From IMG/VR virus record IMGVR_UViG_3300014202_000536: a stretch of 64,000 nucleotides of DNA. One strand, given 5' to 3'. The DNA is from a virus. Position numbers and translations under genes: made by a program. Under the pieces are notes generated by a model. It was given only the letters and a program-made list of their open reading frames with translations, was not told where the DNA came from and made no database searches. Positions 41,160 through 51,295 of this stretch are shown here, one piece after another (position 1 is the stretch's first letter; the number at the start of each line of letters is the position of its first letter).

Positions 41160-41555
41160 ATGAGAAACCCAGTCAGAAAGAGAAGAGTTGATTGGAAGAA
41201 AGAAGGATATAAGAGTGAGAAATCGTTTTTAAAGAAAGTGTTTAGTCGCGTCTTTGCATCGCCATTTGTCTATGTGAAAAAGAAGATTGGAAAGAAGTGG
41301 GCAAAGTTTGCGACAGACCGTGGGCAAGAGATTTTTGATGAGTTTAATAAAAATAAGAAAGAGATGGATCAATACGATTTTATTCATGGTGCGCATGCTG
41401 TCGCCAAACGATATATCCCAAACGAGCTGAAGAAACTCAGCCAACAACATAACTTGAATTTATCGGCAGAGTTTGTACAAGCGATCGTTGATGCTACGGC
41501 TGAAGAAGCAATTCGTGCAATGAATCGACACGTGTATCGAAAGAAACGGAGGTAA
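41160..41555 (+). CDS. Basic NP-motif protein
   Basis: MRNPVRKRR. Confidence 0.55.
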   Translation: MRNPVRKRRVDWKKEGYKSEKSFLKKVFSRVFASPFVYVKKKIGKKWAKFATDRGQEIFDEFNKNKKEMDQYDFIHGAHAVAKRYIPNELKKLSQQHNLNLSAEFVQAIVDATAEEAIRAMNRHVYRKKRR

Positions 41556-41556
41556 T

Positions 41557-41967
41557 ATGTACAGTGGCACAAGAGGTCTTGGATTTCCGCAGAACATTAT
41601 GACGACAGACGAATGGTACGACATGTCGCAAGGTCCTGGAGATTTGGATTTGATCAGTGTCGCGTATTTGTCGCCAGATGCTGGGTATCCTCCAGAGCGC
41701 TATACGTTGTTTGATCAAGAGTTGGAGCAGCATCAGACGTTGAATGGGCTGGCAGCGGGAGCGCAAGAACGCTTTACAAAGGCGTTTGGACCGAAGATGA
41801 GGTTCTTGCGACCTAGTCATCAGGGTAATCGGCCAGCAGGCGGCATGCGGCCACGGACAGCGCCACGGATCAATGTCCCTGTACCGATATCGCGTGGCAA
41901 CCAGCCACCGTTGTTCTTTGGGAGTGCGATCACACATCCATACGGCCGGTACAATATTAGTAAGTAA
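41557..41967 (+). CDS. LG-motif hypothetical virion protein
   Basis: GGAGGT SD; TRGLGF. Confidence 0.5.
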   Translation: MYSGTRGLGFPQNIMTTDEWYDMSQGPGDLDLISVAYLSPDAGYPPERYTLFDQELEQHQTLNGLAAGAQERFTKAFGPKMRFLRPSHQGNRPAGGMRPRTAPRINVPVPISRGNQPPLFFGSAITHPYGRYNISK

Positions 41968-41982
41968 GAGAGATGAGGGAGA

Positions 41983-42189
41983 ATGGGAAAATTCACGAAT
42001 ACAAAGGAATACGATGGACACCGGCCGTTCCGATGTCCTCGATGCCACAAGACGGCATTGGTCGATGTGCAAGGGAAATGTATCTTGGTTATTGTCTGTA
42101 CGCGCTGTAAGAGTCGGCTGACATTGGAAGTGAACGAACCACTACCTCCAGAACTCGCATTACGCGCTGGAGAACTCATTAACCCATAG
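41983..42189 (+). CDS. Com-like zinc-ribbon protein
   Basis: RCPRC..IVCTRCK. Confidence 0.55.
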   Translation: MGKFTNTKEYDGHRPFRCPRCHKTALVDVQGKCILVIVCTRCKSRLTLEVNEPLPPELALRAGELINP

Positions 42190-42198
42190 GAGATGATC

Positions 42199-42453
42199 AT
42201 GAAAACATTTGGCTTGATCGTGATGTTGCTCATGACAGTGTCATTGGTTGGTTGTGAATCGTTGCGCGGAACATTCGGGTCATTGGGTTCAGTGTTTGGC
42301 GTTGCACAGAACACCATCGAAGCAACATTGGCAGCGCAAGTTGCTGGAGAGTACGTGGTTGAGATTCGCAAAGATGGTGAAGTGCTCTTGGCAGAGGCAT
42401 GGACATGTACAAAAGGTGAAGATGGCAAGTTGTCTGGCTGTCATAAGAAGTAG
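42199..42453 (+). CDS. Small lipoprotein
   Basis: Lipobox LVGC after hydrophobic signal. Confidence 0.65.
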   Translation: MKTFGLIVMLLMTVSLVGCESLRGTFGSLGSVFGVAQNTIEATLAAQVAGEYVVEIRKDGEVLLAEAWTCTKGEDGKLSGCHKK

Positions 42454-42571
42454 GAGTTAATCATGAAATGGGTATGGGTGGCTGGTGGCCTGTTGGCGTT
42501 TGCATTGTTCATGTCAATGGTTGGACAATCACGACAACAGGTCATTGGGCCAATACATGTAGGAGCTGCAA

Positions 42572-43288
42572 ATGAACCGTAAAAAGATTGTGAATGTGGT
42601 TGGTGCCGTCTTCGCAGCGGCTGCGATCTTGTTTGGGACATCGTTCATTGGGTACACTGCCATTAGTCAAACATCTGGTTTGGCAGTAGCGCAATCCAAT
42701 ACGCAATGGAACAATGTCATTGACGCATCGAGAGGTGATAGCCAATCGTCTGGTATTCTTGGTCAGTCATTGTACATGTTCAATGGCTTATCATTTGATC
42801 GGGCGCGTGGCGATACGACCAATGGTTTGGATGTGGACGTGACACGAATGCCTGGTGGTGCATTTACACCTGCTGATGCGACAGCCAATCCAACAGGCGT
42901 TATGGGTACCGAAACGTTTCCGATGCTGTATAACGGCACCACATGGGATCGGTGGCGTGGGACCACGACCAACGGCGCACTGACAGAGAAGAAGACTGTT
43001 GGTACCTCGTTCTATTCCATTAAACGTGATAACATCACAACGTCGTCAGTGAACTTAGCCTATGGCTTTACATCGCGAAAGATCTCAATCGAAGTTCCAC
43101 TCACAAATACAGATGAAGTCTGTGTAGATTGGTTGGGTAGTACAGCCGTTTGTCCAGCAGCCAATACAGCAGGTGATGGACGATTGGCACCAGGCTCGGC
43201 AATCTTGATCGATGATTATGCGGGCACATCGATCAGTGTCATTGCTGCAAGCGGGACACAGGTCGTCTTTGTGAGAGCGTGGAATTAA
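42572..43288 (+). CDS. Signal/anchor-bearing beta-rich structural protein
   Basis: N-terminal hydrophobic helix; two NGx(S/T)(F/W)DRxRG repeats; C-terminal small beta-sandwich. Confidence 0.6.
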   Translation: MNRKKIVNVVGAVFAAAAILFGTSFIGYTAISQTSGLAVAQSNTQWNNVIDASRGDSQSSGILGQSLYMFNGLSFDRARGDTTNGLDVDVTRMPGGAFTPADATANPTGVMGTETFPMLYNGTTWDRWRGTTTNGALTEKKTVGTSFYSIKRDNITTSSVNLAYGFTSRKISIEVPLTNTDEVCVDWLGSTAVCPAANTAGDGRLAPGSAILIDDYAGTSISVIAASGTQVVFVRAWN

Positions 43289-43297
43289 GAGGTGCGT

Positions 43298-44023
43298 ATG
43301 AAAAAGTATCTTGGGCTTGTCATTGCGTGTGTACTTGGTCTATATACATGGCCAAGTTTTGGCTCAGATATTAAAGTTGAGCCATCAACACTATATCCAC
43401 TGCAATCATCAGTTATCATACAAGAAGAATTTATATCAGGTGGCACAACAAATGGAAATGTTGGAGCAAATGGGTTCGGTGTAATTGCTGGTGGAGTATC
43501 AGGGGTAGCAAGTATTGCAAATCGCCCTGGTATAATGCGATTAGATACATCGGCAGCACTGACGATATCAAGAGTAACACTATATCCTGGATCAAATGCG
43601 ACAATTGAAAGTAACACACCACAAGAAGTACTATGGATTGTTCGTTTAAATACAAATGATGCAAATACAACGACACGAATTGGGAGTATGAATTCACCGG
43701 GAACTGATCCACCAACGCGTGGTCTTTACATTGAAAAACTGGGCGGTGATACCAATTGGTTTTGTGTAGCAAGGGAAGCAGGTGCAGAAACACGCACTGA
43801 TAGTACGGTAGCTGTTGATACGAATTTCAATAAGTTCTTTTATCGGCGTTCTTCAGCAGGTGTAACGTACAGTATTAATGGTGTTGACGTTTGTGGGACG
43901 ATTACAACAAACGTACCGACAAATACGTTTAATCCAGCAGTACAAATTGTCAATTCAGTAGCAGCGTCAAAAACGATTGATTTAGATTATTTTGAAATGA
44001 AGTATACTGGAATAACGAGGTAA
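43298..44023 (+). CDS. Secreted lectin-like beta-sandwich protein, paralogue 1
   Basis: Signal peptide; QEEF.SG, NRPGI, DTNWFC, TRTDS, KT.D.DY shared with neighbours. Confidence 0.65.
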   Translation: MKKYLGLVIACVLGLYTWPSFGSDIKVEPSTLYPLQSSVIIQEEFISGGTTNGNVGANGFGVIAGGVSGVASIANRPGIMRLDTSAALTISRVTLYPGSNATIESNTPQEVLWIVRLNTNDANTTTRIGSMNSPGTDPPTRGLYIEKLGGDTNWFCVAREAGAETRTDSTVAVDTNFNKFFYRRSSAGVTYSINGVDVCGTITTNVPTNTFNPAVQIVNSVAASKTIDLDYFEMKYTGITR

Positions 44024-44025
44024 GT

Positions 44026-44757
44026 ATGAAACAGTGGATGTTAGGAATTTTACTCGTACTTTTCTCGCAGTCAATAGCATTTAGCTCAGAAGTCGAAACT
44101 CAACGTAGTACACTGTACGCATACAAATCACAAATCATTTTTCAAGACGAATTTATATCTGGTACCACAACAAGTGGGGTTATAGGCTCATTAGGATGGG
44201 GATTTAGTAATGGGACGGTCACACAACTTGTTTCAGAAACAAATCGTCCAGGAATATTGAGACGTGATACTGGTGCTGGAGCAGGCACAGTCACGTCATT
44301 ACGATTAAATATCAACGCGTCGGCGACATTTGCAGCCAATCTAGCACATGATTTGCTGTGGATGGTGCGAGTAAATAATAACGACGCTGATACGGCTGTT
44401 CGTGTTGGTCTTGCAACGCCGGCATTTACAACAGATCCTCCAACAGACGGAATTTATTTTGAAAAGTTGTATGCAGATACCAATTGGTTTTGTATTACAA
44501 GAGCGTCATCAACTGAGACACGAACAGACAGTGGCATTGCAGTGGATACAAGTTTTAATACATTTGCATATGAAAAAATATCGAGTCCAACAAGTTCGGT
44601 GATCTTTCAAATTAATAACACGGTAGTGTGTACACATACAACAAATTTACCAACAGGCCTTTCATCACCATGGACACATATCGTGAATCAAGTCGGTGCA
44701 GCAAAAACATTAGATCATGATTATGTGCAATTTCATGTATATGGATTAGCGAGGTAG
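44026..44757 (+). CDS. Secreted lectin-like beta-sandwich protein, paralogue 2
   Basis: Signal peptide and the same motif set as paralogue 1. Confidence 0.65.
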   Translation: MKQWMLGILLVLFSQSIAFSSEVETQRSTLYAYKSQIIFQDEFISGTTTSGVIGSLGWGFSNGTVTQLVSETNRPGILRRDTGAGAGTVTSLRLNINASATFAANLAHDLLWMVRVNNNDADTAVRVGLATPAFTTDPPTDGIYFEKLYADTNWFCITRASSTETRTDSGIAVDTSFNTFAYEKISSPTSSVIFQINNTVVCTHTTNLPTGLSSPWTHIVNQVGAAKTLDHDYVQFHVYGLAR

Positions 44758-44760
44758 CGT

Positions 44761-45483
44761 ATGATGAAGTATGTGCGTGCAATTATCTTTTGTATTGTAA
44801 GCAGTTTGCCAATCAGTGGATTTTGTGGTGATGTTCAAATACAACGTACGCCACTGTATCCGTATCAAACATCAGTCGAACTGCAGGATGAATTTACCAG
44901 TGGGACTGGTGTAACAACGTTTATTGGAAATCTTGGTTGGGGCGCAGGAAACGGGACGGTATCGATTATTACATCTGAAGCAAATCGACCAGGTATTTAT
45001 CGCCGTGATACATCAGCGGTGTCTGGAACAATAGCAACGTTACAGCTTTTTCCACATTCATCGGCAGTCTTTGCAGCCAATTTACCTCATAGAATTGTAT
45101 TTGCAGTTCGATTGAATACAAATGATGCGAATACGACAGTACGAATTGGTATTGCAAATTCAGTTATTGGAAATCCACCAGGCACTGGTATTTATTTTGA
45201 AAAAGCAGATGTAGATACAAATTGGTTTTGTGTAACAGAATCAGGTGCAATAACAAGGACAGATAGTGGTGTAGCGGTCGATACAAATTTTAATACATTT
45301 GAATACCGTCGATTATCAGCGTCAGTAGAGTTTTATTTGAATGGCACACTCGTATGTACGAATACGACAAATTTATCAGCATCATTTAGTAATCCATTTA
45401 CGCAAATTATTAATAGTGCGGCAGCTTCAAAAACAATGGATGTTGATTATTTTCAATTGCAGTTAACGGGATTAACCCGGTAA
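44761..45483 (+). CDS. Secreted lectin-like beta-sandwich protein, paralogue 3
   Basis: Signal peptide and the same motif set as paralogue 1. Confidence 0.65.
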   Translation: MMKYVRAIIFCIVSSLPISGFCGDVQIQRTPLYPYQTSVELQDEFTSGTGVTTFIGNLGWGAGNGTVSIITSEANRPGIYRRDTSAVSGTIATLQLFPHSSAVFAANLPHRIVFAVRLNTNDANTTVRIGIANSVIGNPPGTGIYFEKADVDTNWFCVTESGAITRTDSGVAVDTNFNTFEYRRLSASVEFYLNGTLVCTNTTNLSASFSNPFTQIINSAAASKTMDVDYFQLQLTGLTR

Positions 45484-45492
45484 GGAGACGAC

Positions 45493-45735
45493 ATGGCAAA
45501 AGCAATTGTGTGCATTGGTGGAACGCAGATGGATGGAGCAATCGCAACAATCTCCTATACCGTGACAGTGCTCGGTCCACCAAATTACAGTTATGGTTCT
45601 GACTATGCCGTGAACACAACAATTTCATTGGCCAATAATTTGTTGGCATGGCGGAACAAGGTCATTGCACAAGCTGCAGAACAAGGCATCACATTGGCAG
45701 CGGGTGATGTGATCGTCTTTGGCGCACCAGCATAA
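45493..45735 (+). CDS. Small hypothetical structural protein
   Basis: TAAGGAG SD. Confidence 0.55.
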   Translation: MAKAIVCIGGTQMDGAIATISYTVTVLGPPNYSYGSDYAVNTTISLANNLLAWRNKVIAQAAEQGITLAAGDVIVFGAPA

Positions 45736-45750
45736 ACGTACGAGGATGGC

Positions 45751-46881
45751 ATGTTGAAACGATTACTCTTAACAACGGCGTTAGTTTTAGCAGTTGGTGG
45801 CATTGGGTTGGCAGCGATCAATAACATTGTTGGTGCTAATGTTAGTGGCCCAAAACCAACATTGCCATTGTCAGCGGTCGTGTTATGCCAAGCACCAGAT
45901 TTTTGTACGCGTGTCATGGCACCGGATTGGTCGAATACAGACATTTGGTATGGCAGTGATGGTTCCGTCTGTAGAAAGAGTATTGATGGTGCTGATACAT
46001 GGGCAGACTGTGACGCACAACCATCAGCGACGGCTGTGTACAATCAGTATGCGGTGACACGAAATGGTACAGTCTTAGCTGGTGCAAACGATGGTGGTGG
46101 TGCTGTCTTCCGAATTAGCCGAAGTACGGATGGTGCAGCATCATGGACAAACGTCTATAGTTCAGCGCCAGTTGATTTGTTAAATTCGACAATTACAAAT
46201 GGGCGATTTCGTTGCGCTGAATCACAGGATCTCTGTACATTCTTTGGACGTGATGGTGCCAATAACATTTGGAGTCTCACATCAGTCGATGATGGCGTGA
46301 CATGGGCATTGGATACGACCATCGCAAGCCCAAATATCACGCAGTATTTCATGACAGCATTTGCAAATGATGGATTACTTGGCTATGCGTTTGGTGGTAT
46401 TGGTGATGGTTTTAGTCAGTATCGATCAATCAATTGGAATGGGACGGAATGGACACAAGCATCAACGATCTTCACACCATCAACAGCTGGTGGTATCTGT
46501 AACTTTGCCTTTATTCTCAATGGTGATTTGCGATCCATTTGCCATGTGACGACACTTGGTACATCATGGACAATGCAAGATCCAAATGGAACCGTGTTAT
46601 CGACATTTACCATTCCAGACGTATTGACTGGGCAATCAGCGCAAATTGGGCTTGGCATTAGCATGTCAGCCACATCGATTTACTTGTTTTATCTTGACTC
46701 AACATCTCGTACGGGTATTTGGGTCAGTAATGATTCTGGGACATCGTTTACAAAAATCTTTGCAACAGATGGTGGTGGCTCTGCAATTAGCACGCAAGGC
46801 AGTATCTATTCTGTGAATGGATGTGTATATGCATCATACCTTGTCTCCGCATTTACGAGTACAGTCGTTCGCATCTGTTAA
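45751..46881 (+). CDS. Secreted Asp-box (BNR) beta-propeller protein 1
   Basis: Signal peptide; SxDGxxW Asp boxes (SIDGADTW, STDGAASW, SVDDGVTW, SNDSGTSF). Confidence 0.75.
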   Translation: MLKRLLLTTALVLAVGGIGLAAINNIVGANVSGPKPTLPLSAVVLCQAPDFCTRVMAPDWSNTDIWYGSDGSVCRKSIDGADTWADCDAQPSATAVYNQYAVTRNGTVLAGANDGGGAVFRISRSTDGAASWTNVYSSAPVDLLNSTITNGRFRCAESQDLCTFFGRDGANNIWSLTSVDDGVTWALDTTIASPNITQYFMTAFANDGLLGYAFGGIGDGFSQYRSINWNGTEWTQASTIFTPSTAGGICNFAFILNGDLRSICHVTTLGTSWTMQDPNGTVLSTFTIPDVLTGQSAQIGLGISMSATSIYLFYLDSTSRTGIWVSNDSGTSFTKIFATDGGGSAISTQGSIYSVNGCVYASYLVSAFTSTVVRIC

Positions 46882-46891
46882 GAGGTTTGCA

Positions 46892-48034
46892 ATGATGAGA
46901 CGTTGGCTATTTAGTTTCATGTTTGTTGCTGCGTTTACGAGTGTCAGTTCAGCAGCCATACAGAGTATTCTTGGTGCGAATGTTAGTGGACCGAAACCAG
47001 ATCTACCGTTATCAGCTGTTGTGCTCTGTCAAGCACCGGAATTTTGTACTCGAACCGCGGTACCTGATTGGTCGAATGAAGACGTGTTTTACGGGACAAA
47101 TGGCAATGTGTGTCGAAAGAGTATTGATGGTGGCGACACATGGGCAGATTGTGGCGCAAATCCTTCTGCAACAGTTGTCATGAATGATTATGCCGTGACA
47201 ATGAACGGCACAGTCTTGGCAGCAGGTAATGATGGCGGCGGTACAGTCTTTCGAATAAGCAGAAGCACTGATGGCGCTGCATCATGGTCGTTCGTCTACA
47301 ATAGTACACCAGTTAATGGCATTGTAACGTTTCCAACAAATGGACAATTACGTTGTGCGCGAACGACCAATCTGTGCACATTTTATGGTCGTGCGCCTGC
47401 AGCTGGCAACGACGTCTTTAGTTTGACATCAACTGACGATGGGTTGACATGGACATTGGCCACTGGTATTGGTGCCAATACTGTTGGATGGCAAGCAGTG
47501 ATCATGAATCAGGATGGTTCATTAGCTTTTGCTAATGTGAATGCCGGTGATGGGTTTACCGCATCAAATCGAACCATGCTCTTTGATGGTGCGAATTGGA
47601 CGAGAGCGCCGTTGACATTTGCCACAACTGCGGGCGGTCTCTGTAATTGGGCGTTCATTCTCAATGGTGTGCCACGCACAATCTGTCACAGTACTAGTTC
47701 TGGTACTACATTTAATATGATGGATGAGGTTGGGAATATTCAAACCACATTCACAATTCCAGATTTTCCGTCTGGAAATGGTGGTGCAGGTGTTGGACAA
47801 GCCATTAGCGTGCGAACAAATGCCATTCATTTTGTTGGACCAACAACAATTGGACAAACGGGATTTTGGGTCAGCGCAGATGCAGGTGTTTCGTTTACAA
47901 AGATTTTTGAAACAGATACAGCAGGCGCTGGCATTAGTACACAAGGTAGTATTTATGAAGGTGTGAATGGCTGTATTTATACCGCGTATCTAGCTGGTGC
48001 TGGTGTAGCGAGTACAGTTGTTCGAATTTGTTAA
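46892..48034 (+). CDS. Secreted Asp-box (BNR) beta-propeller protein 2
   Basis: Full-length paralogue of 45751; start MMRRW. Confidence 0.75.
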   Translation: MMRRWLFSFMFVAAFTSVSSAAIQSILGANVSGPKPDLPLSAVVLCQAPEFCTRTAVPDWSNEDVFYGTNGNVCRKSIDGGDTWADCGANPSATVVMNDYAVTMNGTVLAAGNDGGGTVFRISRSTDGAASWSFVYNSTPVNGIVTFPTNGQLRCARTTNLCTFYGRAPAAGNDVFSLTSTDDGLTWTLATGIGANTVGWQAVIMNQDGSLAFANVNAGDGFTASNRTMLFDGANWTRAPLTFATTAGGLCNWAFILNGVPRTICHSTSSGTTFNMMDEVGNIQTTFTIPDFPSGNGGAGVGQAISVRTNAIHFVGPTTIGQTGFWVSADAGVSFTKIFETDTAGAGISTQGSIYEGVNGCIYTAYLAGAGVASTVVRIC

Positions 48035-48043
48035 GGAGTTACT

Positions 48044-48604
48044 ATGCTCATTCCATTACGGCGAGCAGTCGGTGAAGCTGTCAATAGCAAGCAAGAGCAA
48101 GAGATTGGGCAAGGTGATTATGCCATTGAGAATACAGTGCAGCATATGGCACAGGTCATTGATCTCTCATCAAAGAATCCTCTTGTTCGTGAATGGGCAC
48201 GCACCATCTTAAGTGGTGTCATGGTGAATCAGAAGTACGATGAGATACAGGCCATTCATAATTTTGTGCGTGATCATGTCAGATACACGAGAGACCCATA
48301 TGGATGGGAGTACATTCAAACGCCACCAGTCTTGCTTGGCGGTATTGAGGATTATTTGAAAAAGAGAGCTGCACGACCAATTGGTGATTGTGATGACATG
48401 ACAGTGCTGTCACTCTCACTGATGAAATCAGTTGGCTTTCCAGTGGTCATTAAAACGGTCGCGTATCGTGGCAATAAGTTTTCACATGTCTATGGCATGG
48501 TGCATGTCAATGGCAAATGGATTGTCACTGATACCGTGCGACCAGATAAATGGCTCGGTTGGGAAGCGCCATATGCAACACGTGTCATGGAAGTTCCAGC
48601 GTAA
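48044..48604 (+). CDS. Transglutaminase-like cysteine protease
   Basis: VRYTRDP, QTP, GDCDD (Cys), SHVY (His), TD (Asp). Confidence 0.8.
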   Translation: MLIPLRRAVGEAVNSKQEQEIGQGDYAIENTVQHMAQVIDLSSKNPLVREWARTILSGVMVNQKYDEIQAIHNFVRDHVRYTRDPYGWEYIQTPPVLLGGIEDYLKKRAARPIGDCDDMTVLSLSLMKSVGFPVVIKTVAYRGNKFSHVYGMVHVNGKWIVTDTVRPDKWLGWEAPYATRVMEVPA

Positions 48605-48616
48605 GGAGAAATAGTT

Positions 48617-50634
48617 ATGGCCCATCTTGGTGATACACCAATGTTGGAGACGGCATCGCCATTTGCAACGCCACCAACAGTGATTCAGACCAGTATCACA
48701 GATATTCAACGAGCAATGTTGAACGGTATTGGCACAGCGATTGGCATTACGATTGGCAGTTTCATTCTCTATAAATTGGTTGGTGTACGGTTACGATAGG
48801 AGCATTGATCATGGCATTTGCCGATTATGATGAGCAGCCAGTGGATCTACTCGATCAGATGCAAGAGAAAGCCGCAAAGGTGGCAGAAATCGCAAAGACA
48901 CGTGATGCAATCTTTGCTGACAACGAAGATAAGCCAATAAAGTTGATTTTCATGGCGGCAGGCATTGGATGGGCAATATATCATTTTCTCATTAAACGGT
49001 GATCGCATGTGAAAGCCTATCACGTTGATGCGCTGATTCTGTATCTCCGTCAGCATATCCGTACATTGGCACAACATTGTCACGCGACGCAGCGGAATAC
49101 CCGCATGCAACGTGAGCTCCGGTTATGGAAGAAGGTGCAGCGGTTGGCAAAGCAAATTTATCGTCTTTATGAACTAGACAAGAGGAGGAATTGATCATGG
49201 CATTTGCAGCATTCTTGGGAGCAACAGAATTTGGTGTTAACGTGACAGAACTTGAGGCGCGTGAACGCGCGTCACAGCAACCACCAGCTGGTGGAGCGAA
49301 TACATTGCCAGTTGAGCCAGCAGGACAAACGTCAGTGGCCACAGATTTTAAACCACCTTCAGGAGGTCTGTCGACAATGACAGTGGTCGGGCTTGGTGGA
49401 TTGCTGTTGGTTGGGCTGATGTGGTTTGGTCGTAAATAGGAGGCAGCATGTATACGTATCGCCAATTACCAGCGACAATCGATGGCATCGAGTCATTGAA
49501 TTTTTCTGCATATTGGAAATCGATTAAAGATAAGATTGAAGATTTGCGGAATTTGCCGACATGGGCAACGAACCATGCCATGAAATTGGGTGTGACGTAT
49601 TCGAATCTCAAGAAAGAAGGCCGATACGCAGAAGCCAATGCCATGGATCTTGAGATTAAGAAGGTCAATGACGACATTGCCAAAGCATGGAAGGTGAAGC
49701 AATACATCGATCGATATTTGCCAGAGTGGATGTCGGTTGCAAGTGGTGCAGCCAATAATGGCGCACCGATTGTGCCAACGCAGAATCCAGCAACGACGAC
49801 AGTGCCATTGGTCACGACATCAAAACCAACTGTCTATGTTGAACCAACATTGACTGAAGATGTCACTGGATGGGTGAAGAGTTGGTTTGGAGGTGGCAGT
49901 GGCGTGAACGGTCTTGGCATTGCACCACTCATTCCATTGAGCATTGCAGCCATTGGTGGGTTGACGTATACAGTGACAGTGGGCATGTCATTGTGGCAGG
50001 ATTATAAGTTCAAGAAAGACCTGACACAGCAAATGATCGAAGGTAAAGTGACGTCAGGTCAAATTGCCCAAGTGTTGACAGCAGCACGGCCACCTGAATC
50101 ATTGTTGGAAAAGGTTGCATCACAAGCTGGTGGAAATCTCGCAACAATCGCGGTATTGGGAGCATTGGGATACGCAGCATTTTGGTATCTGACATCGAAG
50201 AAAGCATTGTCGTAGGAGGTCGTATGATCGCATTAGGCTCACTCTCGGCGTTTGAAGATATTCAATCGCTTATCAAAAGCAAGCTTGGAGAATTCTTGGC
50301 AGCGGAACAGAAGTTACGGACATTGGCATTGAATCCGTCCATTACGATTCGATCTGAAGCCAATGGGCTATTGGCAGTGCAAAAGATGTTGGAGAAAGAG
50401 TTGGGCACTGCACAGACCAAGATCGAGAATTTCCAGACAGGAGCGTGGTCAATTTCTGATGCGATCGCACTTGGGGACGTTGGGACTCGGTTGCTGTCGC
50501 ATTTAAAGGAAGTGGCCAGTTTGGAAGCTCGAGCAGGAGGAGTTGTGGCGCCTGGATTGTTGACGTCACCAACAATTCCCATTCTTGGTATTGCCGCAGC
50601 CGCAGCTGTGCTATTTATATTTCTGCGGAAGTAA
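48617..50634 (+). other. Cluster of small membrane proteins (48617, 48811, 49197, 49448, 50224) with C-terminal TM helix and basic tail
   Basis: C-termini such as LLLVGLMWFGRK, AAFWYLTSKK, VLFIFLRK; LG motifs near N-termini. Confidence 0.7.
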
Positions 50635-50640
50635 ACAATC

Positions 50641-50767
50641 TATTCCTCTGGCAGTGAGGAATACAGCATTCACGTGATCGTCACTGTGGTGCATGGGAGT
50701 GCACAGGTCAGAGGACCCAGTGGGAACGATCCAGAGTGAGCGTTCTGTAACTATTATAACTCACTCT
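50641..50767 (+). ncRNA. Putative structured leader RNA (three-way junction)
   Basis: Nested stems incl. GTGCAT-GGGA-GTGCAC, GGTC-AGAG-GACC, GATCGT.CACTG/CAGTG.ACGATC. Confidence 0.45.
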
Positions 50768-50790
50768 TACATTTTCAACAGGAGGTTCTC

Positions 50791-51048
50791 ATGGCTTTGT
50801 TAGGTTCGTTTATTGACGTTCGTACAATCGCATCCTTTGCATCCAACGCTTCTGCGTCGTTTGCACATGGATTGCCTGCAGCGCCAGATTTCATCATCCT
50901 TGCAGGTGATGGAGCTGCGACGACTGCATCTGGAGTTCTTCCGTTGGCGACGGCGAATGCAACTAACGTCTCGCTCTTTGGTGCTGGTGGACAATCGGCC
51001 CCTCAGTTGAAGGTGACGTCAGTTGTTGCGCATAGCATTATCCGTTAA
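50791..51048 (+). CDS. Small beta-rich structural protein (HGLxxxP motif)
   Basis: AGGAGGT SD; flanked by RNA structures. Confidence 0.6.
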   Translation: MALLGSFIDVRTIASFASNASASFAHGLPAAPDFIILAGDGAATTASGVLPLATANATNVSLFGAGGQSAPQLKVTSVVAHSIIR

Positions 51049-51063
51049 GCGGTAATGCTGAGT

Positions 51064-51136
51064 AAGATTGGTCGGCGCGGATATTGAGTAGCTATGTGGT
51101 GGAACATAGCAAATTGATTGAAGCGCCGACCATCTT
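51064..51136 (+). terminator. Long stem-loop downstream of 50791 gene (terminator or processing site)
   Basis: GGTCGGCGC/GCGCCGACC outer stem, GCTATGT/ACATAGC inner stem. Confidence 0.5.
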
Positions 51137-51148
51137 GTAAGGAGTCTT

Positions 51149-51295
51149 ATGGGCATGGCAATGTTTTGTCAGTTGTGTCGAGGATTGATGGTCCATACGA
51201 CACAAGGTTTTCGATGTATCAAGTGTGATAGTGCAAAAACTGAGGGAAAGGATGAGGGAGATGAATCAACAAGAGGGAATCGAGATGATCGTTGA
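51149..51295 (+). CDS. 48-aa CxxCxGLM zinc-ribbon protein (not in ORF track)
   Basis: TAAGGAG SD; FCQLCRGLMV..FRCIKC. Confidence 0.5.
   Translation: MGMAMFCQLCRGLMVHTTQGFRCIKCDSAKTEGKDEGDESTRGNRDDR

Noticed and set aside
43298..48034. Diversity-generating retroelement acting on the adhesin paralogues
   Set aside because: No reverse transcriptase in the window and no adenine-specific TR/VR pair; divergence is spread throughout
50641..50767. tRNA or hammerhead ribozyme
   Set aside because: No TTCRA T-loop or cloverleaf spacing, and no CUGAnGA/GAAA core
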